Of a DNA stretch of 64,000 nucleotides, positions 13,028 to 64,000 are shown piece after piece (position 1 is the stretch's first letter; each line of letters starts with the position of its first letter). The position numbers and the translations under genes were made by a program. The notes beneath the pieces were generated by a model, which saw nothing but the letters and a program-made list of their open reading frames with translations, had not been told where the DNA came from and did not search any database. Source of the DNA: Eledone cirrhosa (taxonomy: Eukaryota); contig OZ024759.1 of NCBI GenBank assembly GCA_964016885.1, positions 35,464,001-35,528,000 of the forward strand, written 5' to 3'.

Positions 13028-13041
13028 ATTACTATAGCAAC
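13028..13041. promoter_or_regulatory. RFX X-box-like motif
   Basis: Minus strand GTTGCTATAGTAAT, 13/14 match to GTTGCYATRGYAAC; about 57 bp upstream of the predicted plus-strand ATG. Confidence 0.5.
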
Positions 13042-13097
13042 CTGTTAGTTGTTTGATGTCGCCGCCGTTTTATGGTTTTTCCATTTCTTAAAATGGA

Positions 13098-52222
<39,125 letters not shown>

Positions 52223-52441
52223 CAGGGAATGCGAATTTCAAGGAAAAATTCTTTGGTTATCAAATTTCTTTAAAACTGAAAAATAAAATATTCTTTAAAT
52301 AAAGAAGTTTGGTGCGAGTCCATCTAGGATATTCCAGATGTCTATCACTGCGTATCTCCCCTGTCTTCCTTCCAAGGAGTAGCTCCCAGTAGCTCATCTC
52401 CTTCATTGTGACAATCCTATATATATTTATATATATACACA

Positions 52442-52482
<41 letters not shown>

Positions 52483-52619
52483 GTAGAACACTGGAAGGTA
52501 ATATCCGTAGTGGTAGAGCACTCGGTCCATGGGACGAGTTAGGTAGAAGTACTACTTCTATATATATATATATAATATGGAGAACGAAGAATCAGTGATG
52601 CATCGAATCACAATTTATT

Positions 52620-52716
52620 AACATATTACAATTGTTTCTCCGGTGAACAGCTTGAGGTGTCACCTGTTTGTGGATCGAACCTGACTCTGGATTCGCAAGT
52701 TCCTCAGATACGTCTA
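52620..52716 (-). ncRNA. Hammerhead-like motif with extended domain II (family H4)
   Basis: GACGTAT-CTGAGGA...GAA-AC(AATT)GT-A^-ATATGTT; palindromic ACAATTGT helix III; helix II closure unclear; partial paralog at 55361. Confidence 0.5.
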
Positions 52717-52728
52717 GTGATTTCAAAG

Positions 52729-52764
<36 letters not shown>

Positions 52765-52939
52765 TATTGATCCGTCTCTCAAAAAAAAAAAAGCGGACAT
52801 AAAAATGATGATGATGATATATATATAAAACACACTCAGTTTGGTTTGGATTGGTTTTCACTTCTGTATATTATATCCCTATAGTTAATTTATCTGAGAA
52901 CTTGAGGGATCCAGAGAGAGCTGGAGAGATACAGGGAGT

Positions 52940-53008
<69 letters not shown>

Positions 53009-53239
53009 CTTGAGAGATCCAGATTGAGAGAGAGAGAAAGAGAAAACCAGCAACAGAGAGAGAGTCATGCTTAGTTGACAGGAACAAATTATTTTGCTTC
53101 TTTAAATATTATTTGAGACACTTCAAAGGAAAGAAAAAATAGGTGTTCGTGAGGAAAATATATATAAAGATATAAAAATAAGATGAAATGCAATAAAATA
53201 TAATATAATATAATATTATATAATAAAGTTGCGCAGATT

Positions 53240-53935
53240 CTCTGACAGGTTTGCGGTCAAGCCCTTGGCAGTGGAGACTTCTGGTGTCCTTGGCCCTAGG
53301 GCTACCTCCCTACACACCACCATAGGCGCTGTGCTGGCCAGCCGCAGGTGAGACACGTGAGATGGAATGACTCTTCCAGCGCATCTCACTTACCATCTTC
53401 TGGGGAAACGCCTTCACATTCTGTTCGCCGGGGCTGTGACCCATTTGCTCACTATACAGAGAGATGGGGAGGGCGAGGGAGATGGAGGCGATGACTGGGA
53501 GTTCGGCTCTTCCACGTTTGGATCATATCCTTGTGGCTGTGTTTATTATCTATATTCCCTTCTTTAGGTACCACTTTAGAAGGAGAATCAGAGTGGAGAG
53601 AGAGGTACTGCACCCCAGTAAATTTACTGAAAGGTGGGTGAATGTGGCAAAAATGACCCGAGTGATTGGGCCTTCTCTGTATATAAACCTGTAGGTTGAA
53701 GAAGAGAACAAAAGGAAGAAGGGAGCACTTGCACTACACGCTCCTGAAGTTGAGGGTTGTTCTATCTACGGGGTATAAAACAACCCATTTGTGGCACCTC
53801 CTTCCCACTATTGGGGATTTCGATTGTTAAATTTGTTTGTATTAATAATATTTTTACACGACTGTATGTAAAATCCCCGGCATATGCCTTTGCATTGTCC
53901 CCTTTTCTTGTGCGCCCTTGTGGCAAATAAAGAAA
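53240..53935 (+). mobile_element. CRE-clade (restriction-like endonuclease) non-LTR retrotransposon, 3' end
   Basis: Frameshifted KPLAVETSGVLGPRA..IG..REME*LFQRISLTIFWGNA matches the PLAVET.G..G...LFQRLS....GNA RLE C-terminus. Confidence 0.75.
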
Positions 53936-54365
53936 TATATCTATATAGAGAATTTCTCGTTAGAATTTAATTTCTTTTCTCTTCGAATAACTATCTGTGA
54001 CATCAACTTTACTACCAACACAACATCCCCCAGTCTCTGTCTCTCTAGCATAAGTTAAATATTAGGATTTTACCGATTATCACTGAGTTTTAACTTTTTA
54101 GATATCAGGTATCAGAGTGTGTTTGTTTACAATACACGTTTACGCTTGACGTTTAACAAATGTTAAATAATAAATAATAAATTATAAATATATATATATA
54201 TATATTGTTAACTCTGTTATTATTTCTGGCAATAATATTACAACAATATGACCCTCCCCAAGTATAACTATATATAATATATATATATATATATGTATTT
54301 ATATATTCCGATCAATGAAATAATTGTTAATACTGTAAATATTGTAAACTTTTTATACAGCCGGC

Positions 54366-54405
<40 letters not shown>

Positions 54406-55077
54406 AAAGAACGTGTGGTAAGGAACAAGGTCGACCATAACACACCAGAGTTCGGATACTATGGTTAGTAGAGTGGGTAGTAATAGAACTAGTATCTTAC
54501 CCGATATATATATATATATATAGTAATAATAATAAATGCGAAGACTAAAATCCAAAGAGGGCTCGATAAGGATAAATATATATCAAATATATATTAAAAT
54601 AGCAGATTAAAGTTTAAGCAAAGAATCTCTGCTTTCACTCTTGACGATTCTTTGCTTAAACTTTAATCTGTTATTTTAATAAAAAAAATAAATATATATA
54701 TATACGTCGAGTAAGATACATATATTGTACATTTAATAATAATAATATAAATAAATGAAACTGAAAAACAATAGAGATACAAAAAATATTCTAAACTACT
54801 TAAGTAAATTTCTATTATTGTCTTACGAAGAGACAGAACTGTCAACGAAATGATGAATACAAATTTCAAAAACGGCGAAATAACTCTTAAAATAAATAAT
54901 AATGATAAAATAATATCAGAGAAAGATACTTACTTAACTTTTACATGGAATCTGGGTTTCAATAAAAGAAGGGCTCAAATAAATTTAGTGATGTTTAAGG
55001 ATTACAAGAGAGCAGAAAAAATAACGTGTCGACCATCCAGCAATATATATATGAATGTATGTATGTATGTATGTATA

Positions 55078-55114
<37 letters not shown>

Positions 55115-55235
55115 CATAAACAGAGAAAGCCTTAAGCGATACTCCGACCAACTCCATCTCACTCAACAAACATTAGGATATACTTAAGTATTATCCCAAT
55201 TTAGTGTTTGGGGTGGTAACAAATCAGTATTTCGT

Positions 55236-55278
<43 letters not shown>

Positions 55279-55704
55279 GTGTGGGATACTTAAAGCGTCC
55301 GTAAGTGGTAGGGAGTTTGAGCACTCGATGCTCTTACAGAGCAGAGTATCATATCACATAAGAAACGATTGTAATATGTCTAATAAATTCCAATTCGTCG
55401 CACCACTGATTCTCTGTTTCTTATGTGATATATATATATAAATGTAATCTGAGTTTTTCGAATATTAATAACAATATTCGATTCGTTTGCAATTATGTAA
55501 GCAATCCTCATTTTTAAAGCCATATCAGTAGAATGAGCCCCTCATTCCTGCTCCTATGTTGACATATAAACAGAACTGCAGACACTAATCTTTCTGGGTA
55601 TCACCCTTCCTCAGTACTGTCAACTGTCAACTGTCAGAGCTAGTGGAAATATATGCTATTTTCGAAAATATACAGTGACTGATTGGACTGATTTGCATAT
55701 TAGC

Positions 55705-56460
<756 letters not shown>

Positions 56461-56463
56461 TGA

Positions 56464-56655
56464 TGGAGGCACATGGCTTAGTGGTTAGAGCATTGGAAAG
56501 GTTGTGAGTTCAGTTCTCAGACCGGGTGATGTGTTGTTTCCTTGAGCAAGACACTTTATTTCACATTGCTCCAGTTTACTCAGCTGTAGAAATGAGATGA
56601 TAGGGACTGGGGTCCCTATTATTCCACTGCAAAGTGGTCGTGGAGATGCCACGGA
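56464..56655 (+). mobile_element. tRNA-derived SINE, family 2
   Basis: A box TGGCTTAGTGG; near-identical to 39870-40016(-). Confidence 0.85.
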
Positions 56656-56667
56656 AAAATTCTACAT

Positions 56668-56706
<39 letters not shown>

Positions 56707-56715
56707 TCTATATAA

Positions 56716-56763
<48 letters not shown>

Positions 56764-56839
56764 TCTCTCTCTATATTTATATATATACACACACACACAT
56801 ATATATATATATAAATTCTCTCTCTATATTTATATATAT

Positions 56840-56886
<47 letters not shown>

Positions 56887-57916
56887 GTGGCAGACTGGGT
56901 CTAAAAGTATTTGTTGCCAAGAGATGAAGGAGGCCCACCTACATATAGAATTCTATCATTTAAATATTTTACCTTCTCCAATAAAAAATATTGTGTATTT
57001 TGTGAAATCCAGAGACTTTCAATAATGACCAGAAGTCGACCCTAAATAGTACTAATAGCTCTAGGAAAGCCATGAACGACAGCACATCTTATTAACTTTG
57101 ATTTTGAAAGTAGGTTTATAATTATCAAAATTCATTATACTTATATAGATGTCTCGGTGGTCGAGTGGGAGGAATCATATACGGTGGTGATCCTGGTTCG
57201 AAGTTCAATCCCAGTAGGGTTCCCAGTAAACCTTTTCAGTTTTTTTTCTATTGGTTGTAAAAATAAAAACTGAAAAGAAGTTACATGTGCCCCTTGACCA
57301 GGATTGAACCCAAGACCAGGATCATCACCGTCTCCAGTACTTCCCGCTAGGCTACAGAGACTACTACAAACAACTGCTGAAAATTCATACCTATAAACCT
57401 ACTTTCAAAATTTTCAAAACAAAGTGTTGTGGTGTCATTCATGCCTTTCTTAATGTTATTGCTGCTACTTAAGGTCGACTTCTAAATCATTTGGGTGTTC
57501 CATAAACTACATCCTCGTTTTCTTTCACATCTATCTAGACTATATTTTAACCTGTAATCCATGTTTCATTTCTGTTCCACCTCATTTCTCCTCCTCCTCC
57601 TCTCTCTCAGATGTTTTTAACCCATTGACACCAAATATTATTTGGTCAGTAGTTTGTGTGTAAGTATATAAATATATATATGTATATATGCTTGTGTGTC
57701 TGTGTCTATATATGTATGTTTACTTGAATGAATACACTAAGCTTTAGATTTAGTAGAACGTACAATCATCAGATAAAATACAAAGAGTGTTTTATAAATT
57801 TTGACATAGCCAAGGAAAATCATACCTTATCAGTTGAATATTGACTACCCAAGGAATATTCAACTGATAAGGTATGATTTTCCTTGGCTATGTCAAAATT
57901 TATAAAACACTCTTTG

Positions 57917-57979
57917 TATTTTATCTGATGAAAGCGTACCAAAGTTTTTTGGTACCCTTGAAATATATATAATAGAATA
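57917..57979 (+). ncRNA. Type I hammerhead ribozyme (family H2), intact core
   Basis: TATTTTAT-CTGATGA-AAGcGTACCAAA/TTTGGTACcCTT-GAA-AT(ATAT)AT-A^-ATAGAATA; 8-bp helix I, long helix II, palindromic helix III. Confidence 0.82.
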
Positions 57980-58023
57980 AATATGGTTTTATAAATATAG
58001 TTTCCATTTATTTAATATCATTG

Positions 58024-58054
<31 letters not shown>

Positions 58055-58252
58055 TCTATATAAATTTTACTTTTTCACCTGTTCCAGCCATCCGACTGAG
58101 GCTACGCTGGGGCACTGCATAAATATATGGTTGGTTATAGGGAATGACCAGTTCTATCCAGTGGTGAACCAACAAACTATATTCTAACTGATGCTAGCAT
58201 GGAAGATGGATGTTAAATGATGATGATTTTATATCTATATATACATACCTAT

Positions 58253-58478
58253 ATCATCATCATCCTTTTACGTCCACTTTTCCCTGCTTGCAATGGTGGG
58301 ACGGGTCCTTTTCAGCACAGCATCTCTCCATTCGTCATGGTCCTTCGTCATCTCCTCTATTAACTTCAGCAATCTGAGTTTAGCTCTCACCACCTCCGCC
58401 CATGATTTTCATGGTCTTCCTCTACTGTGTCTTCCTTCCACTGGGATTACCTAGCACTTCTTCAATATTTATGGCCAT
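58253..58478 (-). mobile_element. RTE LINE 3' end with (GAT)n tail
   Basis: Encodes VEGRHSRGRP*KSWAEVVR..EMTKDHDEWRDAVLKRTR. Confidence 0.8.
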
Positions 58479-58513
58479 CATTCATTCTTATTTTATATAT
58501 TATATCTATCTAT

Positions 58514-58562
<49 letters not shown>

Positions 58563-61068
58563 TAGGAATAACCAAAGAGTGCTTAGAAATACATAGTTTT
58601 ATTAGCTAACAGTGTTTTATCCATACCCCATGGCTGGAAGATCACTGATGAAGGACTAATTTTATTCATATATATATATAGAGAGAGAGAGATATGTATG
58701 TATATATTTATATATACATATATGTCTATGTTTGTATATCTCTCTTACTATATATTGAGGGAGATACATACATATATATAAATATATATATAGATATGTA
58801 TATATATACACACACATATATATATATGTGTGTGTGTATATATAAATATATATATATTTATATATACAATTTTTACGAAGAAACATGATGACAGTGCAAA
58901 TATATATAAATGTCATCGATTAAAATATTAGTAGAAATAATAAGATTAAATATTTAAAAAAAGAGGCAAGAGACTTGTTTAAGCTACTGACACGGAGTCT
59001 TTATTGCAACGATATGAGAATCTACATTGAAATATTACTTCATAATGGCAACAACTTGAGAGCGGACAATAAACTCATACATCATGCGGCAGAAAAAAAA
59101 AAAAAAAAAAAGAAAAAAAAACCTGAAAGTGCTCTGGAAAAAAACGTGTAAATCATCACCAAGAACTGGTTTTCACAGAACTCGGCTTTGGTGAACTGAC
59201 TTTTCACCTCTTCGTAACTTTAACAGTTTATTAATTTTACTTTTAGAGTAAGGGCGGTTTATTTTATATATTTTTTTGAAATGTTGTAATTGTTATTATT
59301 ATTATTTAGGGGTGGGGGAAAGGGGTGGGTAATTTTTTGTTATTAAATAATTTAAATATTTAAATTTAATATTTATATATATTTTTTTGGCTTTTTTTTT
59401 CATTTTTTGTTTTGTTCACATTTCATGAGACAAGTGCCTCCGTTGTATTAAGAAAGAAATTCTATTTTTACTAAATAAAATTTTATAAGATAGAAAAAAA
59501 TCTACATTTTAATGGGTTTATAATTGTTATTATTTATGTTTAGTATATAATCATTATTATTGTCACTATCATCATTATCATCATCATCTTCATCATCGTT
59601 ATCATTATCATCATTATCATCATTATCAGCATCATCATCATCATCATCATAATTATCATCATCATCATCATAACCAGAATTTCATTAAACATCACTTTGT
59701 TTTGTTTTATTTTGTTTGGTTTATTTTTTTCTGTAATGGTTAATGATAAAGTCAAAATGAAAGTGAGAGAACCTTATTAGGTAAAACCCCAACCCTTACC
59801 CCACCCTTTCACCCCAACCCTGACCTGCAGTCACGCTCACACAGAACAGCAATCCACAAACAGATATATGTTGAGAAAAAACAAACAAACAACATGTTAT
59901 AAAAAGGACTTATGTTAGAAAAATGCCATTTATATGTTCCTTTTTTGGGGGGGTTTTATTATTTTTTTTTGTCTTTTTCTTTTTGCGATATATATAATAA
60001 CAATAACAAAAAACCGGTAATATTCACTGCTAATATATATATATATATTTATTTTCACATAAGATGTATTAACCTGGAACTTAGAAATCCCCCCGGCCGT
60101 CTTTTAAATGTTCTGTTTTGTTTTATGTTTGTGTATGTATGTGTATGTATGTATGTGTATATGTGTGTGTATTATTTTTAATTAAAAAAATTATTTTTGG
60201 TGGGGGTGTCCACTATATTAAAACCAATTCTGTTTTCTTTATTAACTTTTTTCAATAATTCACAGAAAAACCATTGAAAAAATAGAATAAAAAAAAACAA
60301 ATTGTTTTTATGAACTAAACGAAGAAATGATTCCAGCAACTAATTGAGAATCACATTGGAGTTATTACTATTATTATTATTATTACTATTAATATTATTG
60401 TTGTTGTTGTTGTTGTTCTTATTATTAAGTATTATTATTAACAGTCTGGTTAATTTGTTGTTTTTGCAGCTATATAAACGTTTTTTTTCTAATTTTGTTA
60501 TTATTTATTATATATTTCACTAGCTTAAGTGCAACTTTCTTTTGTTGTTTTTGTTTTTCTTTTCACACTCCACCCTCACTGAATTGTTTTATATAATTCT
60601 TTGTTTTGTTGTTTCTTTTTGTCTCTTTTTTTAATATATAATTAACTAATTAACCACGAAGGCTTTTTGATGAGCAAATATCTTTTCAAAATTGTCAAGA
60701 ACTGTTGCAATATTTGGCAAAGTTCAGCAGAGAGGTAGAATAATTTTTATGGAATGGTTTGGATTATAAGACATTCCCCAGTTTTAACTATCAAAAATTA
60801 GAAAGAAGAAGGAGAATTAAAATATAAATATATATAAATAAATAAAGAGAGAGGATTTAAATTTTTATTAAAATGAAATTTCCTTTAAGTTCTATTTTAG
60901 CCTATTGACCTTAATTCATATACTCTGTCTCTGTTTCTAGAAAACTGGGGTGTTTGCTGTTCAATTGAATATAAATCTCATGAATAAATCTAAGCGGTAA
61001 TTTAGCAAGACTTATTCAGAAGAGAAAGATTCAATGTTGACCTAAAACTGTGGCTTAATATTGCACCA

Positions 61069-61141
61069 GCCGAAATAGCTTGGTTGGGAGAGCGTTAGAC
61101 TGAAGATCTAAAGGTCCCTGGTTCATTTCTGGGTTTTGGCA
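61069..61141 (+). tRNA. trnF: tRNA-Phe(GAA), probably a pseudogene
   Basis: GCCGAAATAGCT..GGGAGAGCGTTAGACTGAAGATCTAAAGGTCCCTGGTTC..; about 7 changes from the canonical metazoan tRNA-Phe as recalled, including invariant A14 and the T-loop; T8 terminator about 17 nt downstream. Confidence 0.85.
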
Positions 61142-61437
61142 TCCGGTGGCTGGCCTACTTTTTTTGTAGTGCACCCGAGCACTGTACACAATAATTTCAT
61201 TACTATTATTATTAATTTAAACATGTCTTATTTAAATACTTTTTCGTATTTAACTTATGTAAACATTTCAGTATGTAATGTTAATTTATTTATTGAGGAA
61301 GTAGAAAAGAAAGTAGAAAAAAAAGAAAAAAAGATGGGGCTTGGGAGATCCGTACATTCGATCACACACCAGAAGGGGTGCCAGAGCATCCCTCTAATAC
61401 TTTTTGAGGCAAGCCAACACACTCACAACATTACCAT

Positions 61438-61790
61438 GGGTGATAGCAAGGTGCTGGAATAGTCAAGCACCCTCACAGGCATCACCAGATACCTAGGTAT
61501 GGCTAGGTGATAGCGAGGCTAAACCAAAGGAATAGCCAAGCATCCTCACATGCATCACCTAATACCTAGGTATGGCTAGGTGATAGCGAGGCTAAACCAT
61601 AGGAATAGCCAAGCATCCTCACATGCATCACCAGATACCTAGGTATGGCTAGGTGATAGCAAGGCTAAACTGTAGGAATAGCCAAGCATCCTCACATGCA
61701 TCACCTAATACCTAGGTATGGCTAGATGATAGCGAGGCTAAGGCGCTGGAATAGCCAAGCACCCTTACAAGTATCACCGGATACATTGGT
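61438..61790. repeat. 73-bp minisatellite (~5 copies) containing palindrome ATACCTAGGTAT
   Basis: Units start at 61506, 61579, 61652. Confidence 0.88.
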
Positions 61791-62682
61791 AAGGCAAGCC
61801 ACCAATGATGACAAGAACTTTGTGGTCCGTGGCACAGCTCCCCCCAAACTTCTCGAACACCACAGGCTGGAAAAAAAAAATAGTTTACCGATAATTCCCG
61901 ATATTTTAGAACTTCTTTCTGTTCGGTTACGGAAACAATGACCCTCTCACATTTGCTGTGACATCCATGATGGGAGGAAGGAGCAAAAGGGTCATTGACT
62001 GTGGCATCCCTTTTGTGGACATCCTTGTAGTTTGTGGTTGTTGTAACAATGATGATAATGATAATACTGTAAATAATAATGTTCTTAATAAGAGAAAAGT
62101 TTAGAAGTAAAAAAAATTTATATTGTAAAGTGGTTGCAGGTTGTGAGATGTGCAACTTGGTTACCAAAAGAGTTCACAAAGGGGGAGATAATCAGTTTAA
62201 AACGGTGGAAAAGTGAAAAATCTTTAAAACAGCTAATAGTTTAATTATTAGGAGATGAAAAAAGGAAAATACTAATTTGTTTTCTTGGTTTCTATAGAGA
62301 TATATATATTTGTTTTATAGGGGTTTATAGAGTAATATAATAAATGTTGGTAATAGTTTATAATTATATAGATTTCTGTTTATAGATATATTTATATCTA
62401 TATATATATATATATGTGTGTATATATATATATGTATAAAGCAAAGCATTCAATATATTATTTCACAATCTAATTTCTTTGACTGAAATTGTAATTTCCG
62501 ATACCACTAGTTTCACTATATTGTTTACTTAAACTTAAAATGATATGTATTGTATTTTATCTCCTATTTATCTACTCATGTAGTCACTCTCTAATCTTTA
62601 ATGAGCATATAAACTCACCAGTTACATTTCATTACACAAACAGCCCTTTACATAATACACTCAAATACACACAACTACACAA

Positions 62683-62729
<47 letters not shown>

Positions 62730-62733
62730 TATA

Positions 62734-62765
<32 letters not shown>

Positions 62766-64000
62766 AGCATACATGCACACACGTTGGATATATTCAATTT
62801 CTAAGAAGATACAACAACTTATTGTCTACTTTTCAAATATAAAATGAAAACTAATCTCAGATACATATTTTCTAATATATATATTCTATGTGTTTTTAAA
62901 CATCTAAAAATTGTTTAAATAAAGCATCTAGAAGGCCCCGAGATGTTTCTCTACTCCCATTTTACTACAATAGGTGACCCAACAGAGAAACGCTCATATT
63001 AAGGACCAGATTTAACATAAAAAGAGGAAATTTTACAATAATCTAATCTAATCTTTAAAATATATATATATATACATATATATAAAGATTTAGTTCCTTC
63101 AGAAACATAATTTTAATTAAAATCCATTTAAATCCTAGTTTCACTTTCACTTTTCAGATCCATCTACCTTCCTTTTCATTATTACTCACACATACACACA
63201 AACACACACACAGACACACAAACACACACACAAACACACACAAACAACCAAAATTAGCAGCACACAGTCATTAGATTTCAGTCAATTAGAAAGTTCTTAA
63301 GAATTTGAGATTTTTAAATATATTTTTTGCTTTGCTTTAAATTGTTTTTTTAGTTTTTTTTTTAGTTTGCTTTTCTCGAGATTTTAAAAATCCGAACATA
63401 TATTTATTTCTATATGTTTTTTGTTTGTTTGCTTGCTTGCTTGTTTTTTTTTGTTGTTTTTTTTAAATACTTTTTGTTATTTTTATATAACCTTTCTCAG
63501 TATATAACGTACCAATGTTAGATATAGCTATCAGTTTTGCGGGAGAGGCTCACGATCACCTCGAGTTTCCTTTGATGTTGCTGAATAAGTTAAGCCTTTT
63601 ACTTTTCTTTAATTGTCTTAGTAGGCGTTGCTCCCTTAGTTGTGTTCTAACGGGGTGAAAGAAGCATCAACTAAGGGCTTTTAACGCAAGAGAGTGAAGG
63701 GATGAACAATATGGGCCATTAGTGCACGATCAAACATCACCAGTTACCTCAAATGCCTCCAGTTACTTGGAGAAATTTACTTTTTCATTTAAGTTTAAAA
63801 TTTCAATTTTTTTCAATTCCATTTTGGAAGGATTTTTTAAAATAAATTTTCAGAATTCCTCTTTGCCTATTTTTATTTATTTTTTTTCCTTTTGATAGTC
63901 ATTTTAAAAAATTCTTCTCTATTTCTGGAAATTGGAGAGAATATTTATAATTTTTTTATCCACCACTTTTAATAATTTTTTTTTTTCATTTAGAAGTTGA

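Noticed and set aside
54850-55119. 89-aa ORF (and 26677-26883) as host or viral genes
   Set aside because: Short, surrounded by stops, no recognisable motif; possibly decayed mobile-element coding sequence.
58920-61000. AT-rich unique stretch as the 3' UTR of an unseen gene
   Set aside because: No linked coding exon found within the window.

Overview
AT-rich eukaryotic genomic DNA, dense in microsatellites, minisatellites, tRNA-derived SINEs, LINE remnants and MITEs. The repeat landscape suggests an octopod cephalopod (inference). Almost all ORFs in the supplied track are repeat artefacts. Splicing by hand recovers three genes. (1) A complete minus-strand TMEM258 (OST5/Kuduk, 81 aa) whose second intron is a U12-type minor intron. 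(2) Divergent from it across about 530 bp containing a CRE and an RFX X-box, an unnamed plus-strand gene of about 26 exons and about 1,520 aa (13098-52222) with consistent intron phases throughout; its 2.2-kb exon encodes about 45 V[T/I]PQ[K/E] repeats and a Glu/Gly tract. (3) A signal-peptide exon of a minus-strand gene leaving the left edge. A decayed tRNA-Phe lies at 61069. The most striking structure not explained by these genes is several families of short elements in or beside (TA)n tracts that carry type I hammerhead ribozyme motifs with minimal palindromic helix III, many with near-perfect fold-back arms of about 35-145 bp. These are consistent with non-autonomous Penelope-like or retrozyme-like retroelements. 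No database searches were run.
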